A stretch of DNA of 62,233 bases, filler included, from Choristocarpus tenellus KU-1152 (Eukaryota; Protista; Phaeophyceae), in assembly GCA_964200185.2 (NCBI GenBank). It is 8 parts of 8 records of this genome, joined end to end, with 100 filler letters (N's around TTAATTAATTAA, not from the genome) between each part and the next. Parts side by side here need not be neighbours in the genome. Positions count along the whole stretch, not along the records: positions 1 to 30,038 come from CAXNAD020000093.1; positions 30,139 to 33,543 come from CAXNAD020020255.1; positions 33,644 to 36,807 come from CAXNAD020021847.1; positions 36,908 to 46,158 come from CAXNAD020003844.1; 4 more parts are not named here. One strand, 5' to 3'. The notes beneath the pieces were generated by a model. That model was not told the DNA's origin and ran no database searches. It worked only from the letters and a program-made list of their open reading frames with translations. The position numbers were made by a program, and so were the translations under genes. Shown piece after piece: positions 25,383 to 38,267 of this stretch. Each line of letters begins with the position of its first letter. The stretch's first letter is position 1.

Positions 25383-27782
25383 GAAAAAGGGAAACGCGCG
25401 CCGTCAGTGTGTAAGTTAATGTTCTGAACATATCTCAGACGCAAAGTGGGATGGGAAAGGGTAAACCGGAGCATAGGTGATATATCTTTTTGGTCTTTGC
25501 ATCAATGGTGGCTAATTGTGGCTGGCAAAGGGTCGTCTGGAATCCTATTGTATTCTACTTTGAAGTAGAGGGTTAGAGGGAAGGTCTGAACCTTTTGAGT
25601 CTGCAAGAAGCAATTTCAGCTCATGTGAATGCAGTGTGTGTCACAAGAGAATGCGGTGCTTTTTTTTTTTCGTTCCAGTTTGTTGCCCCTGTTGGAAAAA
25701 GCTAGGAATAATTCATCACTCAATCGATAGCTCTATTGTATGTTAGTCAATTGGTGCACCTGGGATAAGTATGTTAGAAGGGATTTGAATACAACATTAT
25801 ACATTAGTCAATAGGTGCACCCGGGACAATTTAGCCACGAGGTCTTTGACTGGAGCATATTAAATTTTAGTTGAAATGTGTGCCTGGGGAAAGTATGACA
25901 TTTGAGTGGAACACGTTTGTCATTGGTTCTTAACTCTTACTCGCTCTGGCACACTCAACAAGCACTATATTTTCTCGGACTTCAATTTTTTTTCAAAACT
26001 TGATGCTCCGCAATGTAAGGTTGAGTAGAGAAAGTGAATCAACACAAACACACGATTAGCATGTGTTGTATCTTGTGCTTCTTTGCTATCCATTTGGTGT
26101 AATGTGGTATGTACTGTAGATTTTGCTTTGTGTGCTGGGTCTTGTTTTTGTAAGGATGGTGTCACTCGAAGTGCAGTATCCTGTGTTCCACATATTTGAA
26201 TAGATGGGGGCTGCACTTGTTGGGGTAGAGTTGTGTAGAGAAAATGTTGCTGCAGCAGGGCATTTAGGTTGTCAGTGGGGATTGGTCGTGTCTCCTTCTT
26301 GGTGAAGCACGTGCTGGCCCCTCTCCGGCATATATGGAATCCCTCCCTTTTGCTGTACTGGGTTGGTGTAAATATTGCACAAGATGCTTCTCCCGACAAA
26401 TTAATCCACTGCTCATTGCATTTCATTCCAGCACCCTGGCTGGAAGGCACAAAGCTCTTGGCCTGACCTTCTGACCTGGTTCCTATAGCTATTTTGGTGC
26501 AATGGTTTGAGTGCGCACGACATCCTCCAGTTTTCATTTTGCAAGCTACACTTGTCAAAGCATCCACAATGGACGTCATAGAGCAAATAAATGGCAACTA
26601 TAGTTACTGTCTGGACAACAACAGCGAGCATGAATGTGTTATAATAAGCGAAAAAACAAATGTTGACTTTTTATATTGAGTCTTTTTTTCTTGCAAATTT
26701 CTTCCATTTATTGATATATTCAATTGATGAATAGATCAAATTAGTGTGTGAAATGTTGCAAATAGTCGTGTGCGAGTACAATGGTTCGCGAAATAATATT
26801 TGAGGTGATGCTGTAGAGGTTCTCGGCAATGACGGATGTCATGGGGCAAAAGGGTGACAAATGTCAATTGAGCGTTGTCCTGAAAACACACATTTAAGTG
26901 CATGCCTAGTGAGTCGGCCGTAATATTATCGTGGACAACACACGTTATGGCCCTACCTAACATATGGTCAAACACCCTGCTAGCATTCAGCGATGCATTG
27001 TCCCAGATGAGAAAATATGTTTGGATGAGTCGTTAGAGTTCTCAATTATAAATTATTGGGGGATGAGAAAGAGTAAAAAACGTTATGCAGACAGTTTTTG
27101 ATAATGTTCTTTCTGCGTTTGTTCGACTACTCTTGCACAAACCATCAATAAATAATCCGTATACATGCGCATATTTTTAGAGTTTATATTTCTGTGCTTG
27201 ATATGGACGGTAGAATGGAAGTGTTCAAATAGTTAGAACACAATTTGTAGCTGTCTGTTTGCGTTGTTGAGGAGAAAGCACAAGCGGTTGAGACCATCCC
27301 TTTTCCCTTTATGTCTTTCGGCTACTTGTCAAAAGAGATTTCTTCTGTGGGTGTAACATGGAACATTTTGAAGTCATACTGAACTGTTCAAGATCAGACC
27401 GAAATCTGATTTAATCATCAACATTTGAAGGCCATTGAGGTAGAACAAAATCGACATTTTCTGTTGGTGAAAGTGGAGTTAGTACTGACGGTGGTGGTAT
27501 ATGCGTCGAAGTAAATGATAGTAGAGTAGTAGTGGCAACTGGATGCATACATTCAATAGTTGATTTTCTTCCTATGTGACAATTACCGCTCAATAAAGCA
27601 CATTACTACTACTGTTTGTTTCTAGTAGGAGTAAAGAGTGGAGGAAACGGACCACACTTCCAGAAAAACTTGAAAAAAATATTGGAAGATGAACATGTTC
27701 CTTTCTCCCATGATAGAGCCCATAAAAATGAAACACAAGAGGTGCATGAACACACACGCTCACACAAAACCGTGTTAGGTTG

Positions 27783-27955
27783 AGCCTTTGCTGAATAGTG
27801 TCACTTTGTGTGCATAAAAGGGGAATATCCATATCATGCACACTATTGGACACATAAAGCAATGAAATAGAGTGTGTTGCACAGGGTAGGAAAGATGGAT
27901 GGGAATGTAAAAGGGTTCAAACCTGCTTACCTCTCAATTGGTTTGACTCATTATT
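27783..27955. repeat. Dispersed repeat, second copy at about 45356-45530
   Basis: Shared blocks GAGCCTTTGCT...CACATAA(A/G)GCAATGAAATAG...CACAGGGT...GTTC(A/G)AACCTGC(T/C)TACCTCTCAAT(T/C)GGTTTG in two different contigs. Confidence 0.7.
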
Positions 27956-28400
27956 ATTCTTATAATTTTACTTCTATTATTTAAATTTCATTATTTGCTG
28001 TTATTGCTTCTTGAAGTTATCCTCGAGTCGCTGTCGAATGTACAACTTGATATTAGAACAGCAGTATGTAGTTCAAGAGCTAGGCATGGTGGGAGTTCGT
28101 TGTAGTATTGACCAGTACAAAACACCAACAATTCGCACCACCATTGCATGCACCATCCCAGATTGTAATGAACCAGCAACCAACCGAAGCTAGACAATGG
28201 AATCGGCAGGAAACATTATACATGTAGTGATTTGTATTGTTGGTTGACTGCCAAATAAAAGTGTCTTCAAAGCAGTCAGCTGCCTGCTTGCATTGTCAGT
28301 TCCCAAAATATTACTCTTCTATAATAGGTATTACTGAGTATTGAGATGCTGCGATCTGTCCTATTATTGATGGAACAAGGTAAAGGAGACACCTACTACT

Positions 28401-28547
28401 TGCTGAATAGAATGAACATTGTGGTGGTAGATCGTATTCATTCCTCCCTTGAAACAGAATTCAATCACAAACATGCTGAATAGAATGAACACTGTGGTGG
28501 TAGATCGTATTCATTCCTCCCTTGAAATAGAATTCAGTCACAAACAA
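28401..28547. repeat. Tandem duplication of about 73 bp
   Basis: TGCTGAATAGAATGAACA(T/C)TGTGGTGGTAGATCGTATTCATTCCTCCCTTGAAA(C/T)AGAATTCA(A/G)TCACAAACA occurs twice. Confidence 0.9.
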
Positions 28548-29616
28548 GACAGAAATACTATTTTACTCTGTACCCCACTATAACATGTGTGTTTAATGAA
28601 AATTGAGCCCTTCTTCAGAAACCTATTGGAACACCCACTAGAACCACTCAAGGTTATGAAAGGGCAGGACCAATCTCTTCAAAAGCTTGTCCCAAGCTGG
28701 TACGAATCCAGCTTGAACCGTGTCCAACCTCAACAGTGGTATGGATTCACTACCACATATATAGGTACAACACGGTCAACATACAATATTCAAAATTGTA
28801 CATACACACACATAAACCCACTCAATACATCACGTCGGCCATTGCACAAGCATGTACACACATATGCACACAAACAACAGAAACAAAAGGAGTAGTGACA
28901 AAGAGCTCTCTGCATCACACCAGATCACGAATGAGCAGATTTTCACATTCTTGTCAGCAGATTAATTGTAAGCGCTGATGGTGAAGATTGAAGGCAAGGA
29001 AATCAGCAACCAGCATACTGCAGACCATAAACTGCACACCTATACGCATGAACAACAAGGCGGTGGTTCAGAACAAAGAACGCATCCATGCGCCAAAGTG
29101 TGGAAATTTGGAATATAGGAGTCGTGGATGAAGAATTTGGGCACACTGTTATAGAGATCCCCCGACAAGACGGAGCAAACAACACGTTCTGTTCCACTTC
29201 AGCCCGAAACAACACCCTTCACCTTGGGCTTTAGTTGCCTACCCAGTTGGTTTGCATTGTGTGGGACCTGCATGAGGGAGTGAAATAACAGGTAGACTGT
29301 GCTGTTTGCTTCCCTCAATACATCAGCTTGTGCCTTGAGCGAGAAGTTCCCGTTGTCATGAAAACCCTTCCAGGAGGGTTTCACCCCCCCTGGGTGTGGC
29401 GGAATGGACCCTGACACTTGACACACACCTGTATAGTAATGCCTATAGAGCTTACCACCGATGGTGGTGTTGGTCAGATTGACAATTGCTCGTAAGCAGT
29501 ATCTCCATGTAGATTCTGTCTCATCTCCAGAGCCAGGGTGGATACTAGTAGTAGGATTCTGACAAACTGTGGAGGGACAGTGAAAACGTCAAAAACGGAC
29601 GCCGGCACCCCCCCAC

Positions 29617-30038
29617 CCCAGATACTTTGACCCAAAAGGGAAGGCGCTAGTATGCTTCATGTTTTGTTAATGGCATCATAGTACCATTGTGGATGACCAC
29701 AACCAAGGGACGGGGTCTCTTGCCGTAGGTCTCTTATGTCCTACCACCTGCCCCCTAATGAATAACCCACACAGTCGCCTGTGTTGGGCTTCTATTTGAT
29801 ATCAACCATCACACGGACATGAGTTGAGCCTCCAACTGGAGTTGAGGAGCCCCACGCCATCTAGCTATCCCACCAGTACAATGGTTCAAGCAATGTATAG
29901 GGTTTGAGGGTTTAGTTGGCGGTGCGGTATGGCTACCCAAGAAGCAGTTGCAACAGAAGCTGATGTCTTGAGTGAAGCGAGCAGGGAACAGGCTACCTGT
30001 GGGTCAAAGTATCTGGGGGGGGGGGTGGTTTGTGAGGG
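29617..30038. mobile_element. Two outward-facing termini of related elements (GGGTCAAAGTATCTGGGG type)
   Basis: CCCCAGATACTTTGACCC|AAA ending 29633, and TGT|GGGTCAAAGTATCTGGGG starting 30001 and running into the contig end. Similar ends at 36908-36931 (..TACTTTGGGTC|TGA) and 46137-46158 (TCA|GACCCAAAGCATCTGAGGG). Confidence 0.6.
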
Positions 30039-30138
30039 NNNNNNNNNNNNNNNNNNNNNNNNNNNNNNNNNNNNNNNNNNNNTTAATTAATTAANNNNNN
30101 NNNNNNNNNNNNNNNNNNNNNNNNNNNNNNNNNNNNNN
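30039..30138. other. Artificial contig linker (also 33544-33643, 36808-36907, 46159-46258, 50538-50637, 56155-56254, 59420-59519)
   Basis: Identical 100-nt N-run with central TTAATTAATTAA (stops in all six frames) occurs seven times. Confidence 0.98.
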
Positions 30139-30327
30139 CCCCAAAACCCCCCCCCAAAACTACGCCCCCCCCCCCCCCCCCCCCCCCGTCCAAAACACAC
30201 GGCACACATAGCAAGAGACATTAAGGAATAAAAATTAAAATTCGCTAGTGAGATGAGTGTGTGAACATTAACAACATTAACAATTTAATTATTCCAAGGA
30301 GGGGAACTGTTGTACATTCTACAGAGC

Positions 30328-30509
30328 AAAAAATAGACCTTTAAAATATAAAAAAGTATACCTTTAAAATATAAAAAGTTGACCTTTAAAATATTAAAAA
30401 GTAGAACTTTAAAATATAAAAATTAGACCACTAAAATATTAAAAAAGTAGAACTTTAAAATATATAAAAGTAGACCTTTTAAATATAAAAAATAGACATT
30501 TAAAATATA
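30328..30509. repeat. Minisatellite, ~23-bp unit, about 8 copies
   Basis: Unit approximately AAAAAGTAGACCTTTAAAATATA. Confidence 0.9.
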
Positions 30510-30725
30510 CGAACGAGTTTTAAACCTGGGGAAAAATCACAGGAAGTACTACCATCGATAGATTATGAGCACACCATTGTTTCCATCACCATGAAAACCT
30601 TCTTTTAATGTTTACTTTGAGAGTGTCATGAATGCGCTCGTATAATCTCCAATTATATATATTTTGTATCATTTTTTTTCTGAAGGGCAACGAAAAAAGA
30701 CAAAAGTCACACCCTACTTATCTAT

Positions 30726-31172
30726 GCACATAATAATAGTGCACAAATAAGGCACATACCCCAAACATGTGCATACAATAATAGTACACAAAAAAGATAA
30801 ATGTCCCAAACGTGTGCATATAATTATAGCACACAAAAAAGGTACATACCCCAAACATGCGAAAATAATAATAGTACACAAAAAGGTACATACCCCAAAC
30901 ATGCACAAATAACAATAGTACACAAAAAAGGTACATACCCCAAACGAATGCAAATAATAATAGTACACAAAAAGGTACATACCCCAAACGAATGCAAATA
31001 ATAATAGTACACAACTAAGGTACACACCCCAAACGAATGCAAATAATAATAGTACACAAAAAGGTACATACCCCAAACATGCGCAAATAACAATAGTACA
31101 CAAAAAGGTACATACCCCAAACGAATGCAAATAATAATAGTACACAAAAAAGGTACATACCCCAAACATGCG
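30726..31172. repeat. Minisatellite, ~44-bp unit, about 10 copies
   Basis: Unit TAGTACACAAAAAGGTACATACCCCAAACGAATGCAAATAATAA; explains the repetitive ORFs at 30714-31387. Confidence 0.93.
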
Positions 31173-31622
31173 CATGCATTGGATTGTATTATGCTGTGAA
31201 CTTTCTGGAGTACTCGCATGAAAGACAATCTAGGGTTTGTACATGAAGTGGGAAGGCATTGTGCGGTTTGCATCGTAGGATCCGGTGAGCGAAAAAAGGT
31301 ACAGCTGTGGAATGAAGGTACACCTTCCACACCAACCCGAGCACAAGCTGCACAACGCCTGCACTTCAAGTACAAACCACAGAACACACTCCCGTCTTAC
31401 CAACACCTCAGCCGAAGAGGAACTCTCTACTCAAATACAACGTAACAGTTGCCTCACCCAAACTTCAACAAGAGACACTTCAAGAGACATAATTACGACC
31501 CCCTTCCCCTCCCCTCCCCTCCCCTTCCCCCCCTGCCTCTTATCTCAAAACCAAGCCCCATCTCTTGTAACCAGAACATCTCAGAATCAAGCATACTGGG
31601 TGTAAGCGATCCCCCTTTGGTG

Positions 31623-32109
31623 GGTAGGGTTAGGGTTAGGGTTAGGGTTAGTTGATCAAAAACCAAAAGCAAAGGGGATCATGACATAGCATAGCATGAC
31701 GAAGTCATAACATCAATTGGAGCAGGGAGGGGGGTGATCAAGACGGTGGATGAGGGCAGTCCCTCTGGCTATCATGTCACCTCTACTGTATCCTCCCATG
31801 TTGGTAAATCGAAAAGATTTGCTATCCTTTCCCTCCAACGAGAATCGCTTCTTGTCTGCCTCTGGTGCAGCCAGGAGCTGGGGTGCAGGGGGGAGGGGGG
31901 GGGATGGAGGAAAGTGTGAATTTGTAACAGAGGATAGAATCGGTAAAATAAATAGATCAATTCTTACCGATAAAACAAATGAAGAGTTGACTATTCAGGT
32001 TCATCATTCAAAAGGTAAGGTAAGGAGTTTCGCAAAAATGGTGCTAATGTTTAATCCAGCAGGGCAACATAAACAGTCAAAGGGTTAGGGTTAGGGTTAG
32101 GGTTAGGGT
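31623..32109 (+). repeat. Short interstitial telomere-like (TTAGGG)n tracts
   Basis: About 4 units at 31623-31651 and at 32082-32109; further short tracts at about 46523-46541 (CCCTAA), 48431-48452, 49871-49891 and 50287-50306. Confidence 0.8.
31781..31877 (-). CDS. Probable internal exon of a myosin motor domain
   Basis: Polypyrimidine tract CCCCTGCACCCCAG, then LLAAPEADKKRFSLEGKDSKSFRFTNMGGYSR, then GTGACA. Resembles the segment after the NYHIFYQ motif of myosin heads (L..A....K.L.L.....F.Y.N.G). Single exon only and the 3' boundary is uncertain. Confidence 0.5.
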
Positions 32110-32286
32110 TTGTATGTTCACTCCGGGGGAAAAAAGGAGCAGGTGGGGGTGGTGTTTCTCAAAAGTTGAAGAAAAAGAAAAAAAAGGAAATAGACGTTAT
32201 TATTACAATAGTTTTTTTTTAAGAGGAGGGAACACCACTTCCTAGGTTCTGATTGGTTAAAAAGCCAAATATATATTTTACTTTTT

Positions 32287-32470
32287 CATCACAGGTGAGT
32301 GGAATAGTTAATATTAATCACAGGTGAGTGGAATAATTAATATCTCATCACAGGTGAGTGGAATAATTAATATTCATCACAGGTAAGTGGAATAATTAAT
32401 ATTTCATCACAGGTGAGTGGAATAACAAAAATTAATCACAGGTGAGTGGAATAATAAATATCTCATCACA
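32287..32470. repeat. Minisatellite, ~30-bp unit, 6 copies
   Basis: Unit ATCACAGGTGAGTGGAATAATTAATATCTC. Confidence 0.92.
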
Positions 32471-33211
32471 GATCCGTTAAGAACAATTTGTAAGGCAGGC
32501 AGTACGAAGTAGTGTCACAGGAGGGGGGTATGTCTTGCAGTTAGAGTCATGGGAGTGATGTCGTCCTGTGACCTAATAACGTTTAAAAAGCACACGTTGA
32601 ATGATAGGTAGTGCATGACACGGGAACAGTAACTGGATTCAAAGTTTAAAGTTATCTCCTTTTAAAAAAAGCGGTATTCAAGGTGCGCTGTGCAGCTCTT
32701 CCATTCCTCTGTACAGATACAGCTACAAAAAAAAAATTACAGACTATGGCAAGAACACTTTTGAAACAATAAATTTTATTTTTTTTCAAGTACACGCTTT
32801 AAAGCAAGTTGTATGAAATAGTAGGTAGCAGTACACGATGTGATCATTAAAAGTATGCTATACATTAAGAAGGGTTATCGTGATGAGAGTGTGTAGTGGG
32901 GGAGTAGAGTGGTTTTGCTACAGAAGAGGAACAGGCCAACAATTTATTTACGTTTCGATATTTTTTTTTATTAAACAATTATTGCTGCCAAATTGATTTA
33001 TATATCCAGACCAATCACCATCCATCTCTTCACACATATTCAAAGATGGTCTAACACACAACTACTACTGCTACCATTATCACAACATTGGTTCATCCAT
33101 ACATTTTTAAAAATTTATTCACCACAACAGTCGGAATTATTTTTAAGAGAAATTGTTTCCTACACAAGCGAATTAACATCTGCCTTCCCCCTCACGGAGC
33201 ACATCACACCA

Positions 33212-33543
33212 CATCACCAATGCCTCACAACAACCATACAAACCCAGTAAATCATCACCAACGCCTCACAACAACCATACAAACCCAGTAAATCGTCACC
33301 AATGCCTCACAACAACCATACAAACCCAGTAAATCATCACCAACGCCTCACAACAACCATACAAACCCAGTAAGTCATCCCCAACGCCTCACAACAACCA
33401 TACAAACCCAGTAAATCATCACCAACGCCTCACAACAACCATACAAACCCAGTAAATCATCACCAACGCCCACAACAAACCACACAGAACCCAGTAAATC
33501 ATCACCAACGCCTCACAACAACCATACAAACCCAGTAAATCAT
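33212..33543. repeat. Minisatellite, 41-bp unit, at least 8 copies, truncated by contig end
   Basis: Unit AACCCAGTAAATCATCACCAACGCCTCACAACAACCATACA. Confidence 0.93.
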
Positions 33544-34383
33544 NNNNNNNNNNNNNNNNNNNNNNNNNNNNNNNNNNNNNNNNNNNNTTAATTAATTAAN
33601 NNNNNNNNNNNNNNNNNNNNNNNNNNNNNNNNNNNNNNNNNNNGGTTGTGTTTTTTTTTTTGCTTTTTTTTTTTTTTTCGGCTGCTACCGTTCGGTTTTC
33701 TGCGTTTTTTTTTTTTGGTGGGGGGGGGACAGTTGGAATACTTACTTTACTTCTGGGAAATTTCTTTTGTGTGTTTTTGTTGAGGTGTGTCGTGCGCGCG
33801 TCCCCCCCGAGTGCTCTGCTTAGAACAGGGTTTCGGTTTTGTAGGCGTGTTTTTCGTATGACTGCTGCGAATAGGGTGTTGATGGTGTATGTATGTATGT
33901 GGTTTTGGTTTTGGTTTAGGTTTAGTTTCGTACAGCTCTGCTGGCCTATGACGTTTCGACTCTTGTGGAAATTCCAGAATTTTATGGACTGTGCGGGGCG
34001 GGCTTTATCCTTCTACTGATAGTGCTATGTTATTGTTGGTGTGTCCATTCGGAGACCTGACTTGGTTGCAGGGACCGGTTGCTTGTATGCTCAATGCGGA
34101 CATTGATGTGTCTTTTATAGTGGTTGTTTCCTCGATGCTTTTCAGGGTAGATATGCGTGTGTGTTTGTTTCAGGGTGCAAAACAGGGTTCTGGTTTAGCA
34201 GGTGGTGCAGTGTGACTAAGAATGAGGATGTTGGGGGGTATGGTTCAAGAATAAGGATGTTGAGGGTATAGTTGGAATCCGATTTTCTGTTCCCCCTTGT
34301 TCTGGTTTCTAACTGAGTGTAAAATCAGAATATTTCTAGATGAGTGGGCAGGCTGCCTGCTGAACAACCCCCCCTGATTTAAG

Positions 34384-34384
<1 letters not shown>

Positions 34385-34420
<36 letters not shown>
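34385..34420. repeat. (TG)n microsatellite
   Basis: About 18 uninterrupted TG units. Confidence 0.95.
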
Positions 34421-34422
<2 letters not shown>

Positions 34423-35230
34423 TGAGTGGCGTGTTCCTAACCTTAATCTATGTGATGGCCATTGATTGTGCTTGGAGATGCCAGTGTTCACAATGTTTGA
34501 CAATTTGATAATTTTGTTTGTTTGTTTGTTTGTTTGAATGGAGAAAAGGCGAAACGACATCGTGTCCAATTTTACAAAGAAAACCCCAACTGTATTACAG
34601 CATATTTTTTATTGTGTGTACGTACGCACGCACGTTGCATGATTCGCTCGAATTTTTCCTCACAAAAAAAGAAAAAAGAAAAGTTCTGTTTTGTCACGGC
34701 CCGCTGCAATGCCCGGTCAGCGAGTGTGCTTGACAGTTCTGTTGAATTGAGTTTTTTTTTTAAATCTTTTTGAGTTGCTGTGGACGTGTGACTCTAGTGG
34801 GGATGTGATTTGATTCGTAGAATTATTTTAGTAGTGTTTTTTTTTTTAGTTTTTTAGTTTTTCTTTTTTTATTCAGAATAATATGAAGGAGGTCAGGACT
34901 GATGGCAACTGAGTTGTTTTTTTCATTTTTTAAAATTTTGTTTTTTTGTTTGGTACTGTGCGGTGGGTGTTCTACACCACAATGGGATGCTTTTTGATTT
35001 TTTAGAGTTTTTACAGTGGAGAAAGTCTGCAGTATAGATTAGGTTGTTGGGACGTGTTAGAATAGTCAAGAGTACAAAAATATTATGGTTATTGTTATTA
35101 TTATTATTATTGTTAATATTAATATTAATATTTTATATGAAATGTGCTTTTTGTCGTTTTGAGACAAGTGTGTTTGATTTTTTTTTTTTAAAGTACTTCA
35201 TTTTTTGAAAGGAATTTAATGTTTTGTCAG

Positions 35231-35331
35231 GATTAGGGAGGGAGCGCGTGGTGAAGCGGGTTGAAATGTTAGAGAGCTTCTTCAAGTTCTTCCTGGATCC
35301 TGTCCTGCAGCCAGACGAGGAGGATGAAGAG
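35231..35331 (+). CDS. Internal exon of a nucleosome assembly protein (NAP family)-like gene
   Basis: TTTTGTCAG acceptor, GTACTT donor; a GC-rich island in AT-rich DNA encoding (G)LGRERVVKRVEMLESFFKFFLDPVLQPDEEDEE, matching the NAP motif R.V.K.V...SFF.FF.P followed by an acidic stretch. Confidence 0.62.
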
Positions 35332-38267
35332 GTACTTCATGGTATTGTTTATTTTTGTTATCTGTTGAGCTGCGTAACTGGGTCTATTATTTGAAGGCTG
35401 TATTTGTTTAATAATTATATTATTTTTAGTTTTGGGGCAAAGGTAGTATGTTTCTGTTCTTGTTACTAATGTATTGTGGTGCTTTTTATTCTTTATATCT
35501 GTGCTTTTTATTTTTTGTATGTGTGTTCCTGTTGTTCACACTTTGGAATTATTTGATTGATGTGATGTCTTTCTGGAAGTAAGAGAGCGTAAGCATATTT
35601 CTTATTGACCTTTTTTCGATTGAGGTTTTCTTTATGGCAAGTGAAGTACTTCAAAAAAAAAAATTATCGTGTCACGGCAGGTAGTCATTTTGGAGTATCT
35701 TCAAAGCCCTAGTGCCTCTTTTTATTACTTGACTTCTTGTGTAAAATAAAAATGTATATAGACATGTAGCTCCCCGCCGCTACATACTGTTTATATTTTT
35801 ATATTTTCATTAACTGCTTTCATAACAATTTATGTTTTTTTCTCGCTGACAGATTTATTTTTTTATTTTTTATTTCTTCAAAATACGGGAGTAAGATCTG
35901 TGGCAATTGATGTGTTTTTTTTTGGGGGGGGGGAGAAGGTATACTCACGTGAATGAACAAAGTGCTGGTGTTGTACTCACTAGCTAGATCCAAGTGTCTT
36001 TTTGCTGGTCTTACTGTTATTATTCTGTTGTTATTGTTGCTTGTATTTTGAATATATAGATCCAAGTATTTCTGTTTGCGTCAGCATGTGAGCTTCCTTT
36101 TTTTTTGTTCAAGAGAGTAAACCGTTTATTTGATCGTTTCTAACCAGGAGGTTTGTGAATAATTATTTTTATTTTATTTTTGACTGGGTGTGATCCTTTT
36201 TTGTATGTGTGTGGGTGTGGGTGCGTTTCTTCTACCGTCCGCGACCTGATCTTCATTGTTATTTGTTCCTGAATGGATCTGTTCGCAATCTATTCAAATG
36301 CTACTGTGGAAATTTGTGAATTTTTTTGTTTTTATTTTGGAGATGCTACACACCTTCTCAGAGAATGTAACAATCATTCACACCTTCTGCTCTGTTACAC
36401 GTCGGTAACACTTGAGAGACAAAAAACAAACAAACAGCCAGTACATGTAGGTACAACGCTTAAATCAACAACCCGTATTAGAACACTTCAGCCGGTGCAT
36501 GACTCGCGTTACCTGGTGAAGGAATTCTGCAATTGAAGTATGTCTGGTGGGAAGAGTGTCCTAGTCCCTACAGTGTACAACGTTGACTAGTTCCATCAAG
36601 GAATTCCACACACGTAACACTTGCTTGGTGAGGCATTAACTCTAACGCAGTAGTTTTGTGTCGTCCAAGGCTTTGAACAGATTTGATCTCTCTCGAAGTT
36701 GACGGTTCGTTGATTTGTGATAGCTATTAGCCATTAGGGACCTTGGATCAACCCGAGTGTCTTTCAATGCTGAATTGTGATCAGGGGTAGGTAGCCCCCC
36801 CACCCCCNNNNNNNNNNNNNNNNNNNNNNNNNNNNNNNNNNNNNNNNNNNNTTAATTAATTAANNNNNNNNNNNNNNNNNNNNNNNNNNNNNNNNNNNNN
36901 NNNNNNNCCCCCCTCCCAGTTACTTTGGGTCTGAAATTAAGCAGGAGTTTCACATGAAATCGTTACTTTCCAGAAATGATACTTCCAGTGTTCCAGAGAA
37001 CATTCTGAGAACAGTCTAGTTTCTAGACTTGTCATCTAGACGCATACAGTAAGATCGAGACGTAGCAGTAGTAGAGAGGACCCTACCAACTCACTTCCAA
37101 TGATGACCAAGGAATTCAGTCCTACTAGAGAGAGACTATTGTAGAAAGGGCAACAGTGTGGGCAAATAAGATATTAATAATTATCAAGTAGTAAATTTAT
37201 CAATCTTCTAGGGCATGGCTGTGACTGTCAGAGTTTATCTCAACTGTCAAAGGAGGAAGACGTGTCAACGTTCAACGGAATATCCGAACAGCGCTCTCTC
37301 TCTCCCTTGCTATAGCTACCCCTGGTCTCGCTACTGAGTAGAAATACCCTCTATGTTGTCGAGGAAGACCTCAGCTGGGAACCATTTCATAGCACCCAGA
37401 CTCGTCTAAGATATACAATATCTACTATGGAAACAACTTTATTTCGTCAATCATGGCTAACAACTCTGTCGTACACACATCTAGTGGACAGGCTGGTTAT
37501 CCTCGATATGTCTGGTGTTCATTTGTTGCACCATTTCCATTTTTAAAAAAATGGTTCTAAATATATTTATAGAGAATATTGTGGTCTAGCCTATGGAGTA
37601 CATACGGGAAGTTAGAAGTTTCGTCACAAAGATAATTTCAAATTTCCCCCTAAAGAACTCAACAAACACAAAACCTGTATGTGTTGGCTCTCATCGTACT
37701 TCCAAAATAATTTTCTTGTGTCATATGTACCTTGATTCTGGTCAGAAATACTCCGACTACACCAAGTGAGTGATCACAACCACCATTCATCATTGTACAT
37801 ACACGTATAACTTATAGATCTGGTATTCTTGTGCATTTCACGTTGAAGAACTATTATGGTGAGAATATATATATACTACTTGTTTCTATCATATAAATGC
37901 AGTATTGAAACAAACAACTCATCTTCTACTGTTCATTCTTCGTTATTCAAATTTAGAATAGTAGTGTCTACCCATGCTCACATCGATAGTTCCACTAAAA
38001 CCAAGAGAACAAGATCAAGATTTCAAGGAAAGCAAATAACGAAATCTCCTCTAACTAGATCTACGGCTAATCCTCCTTTCGTATATACAAGTTCAACTTT
38101 ATTGTAGAGTCAAAAGTATCCGTTTTGCTTAAGAACTGTATATACTTCAATCCTCCTCCCCCCCACCCCCTGTCAGCAAAACAATCAAATCACTCTGAGC
38201 TCAAACATTATCTTCTCGCCCAACACACTACTGAGGACTCACTCATCTTAGCAAGTGACATAACAAC

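Noticed and set aside
25965-27400. Longest track ORF (210 aa, minus) and neighbouring fragments with weak piggyBac-like (ICRRGASTCF, WDNASLNA) or hAT-like (VPCYTHRRNL) motifs
   Set aside because: Motifs are too degenerate and mutually inconsistent to call; probably old transposon debris.
30083-30094. Recurrent TTAATTAATTAA palindrome between N runs
   Set aside because: Identical synthetic linker at all seven joins; not biological and not a piggyBac TTAA site.
30714-31387. Long hydrophobic repetitive ORFs (153 and 187 aa)
   Set aside because: Translations of a 44-bp minisatellite whose unit is not a multiple of three, so the same peptides cycle through frames.
31623-32109. True chromosome end
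   Set aside because: TTAGGG tracts are only about 4 units long and internal to contigs.
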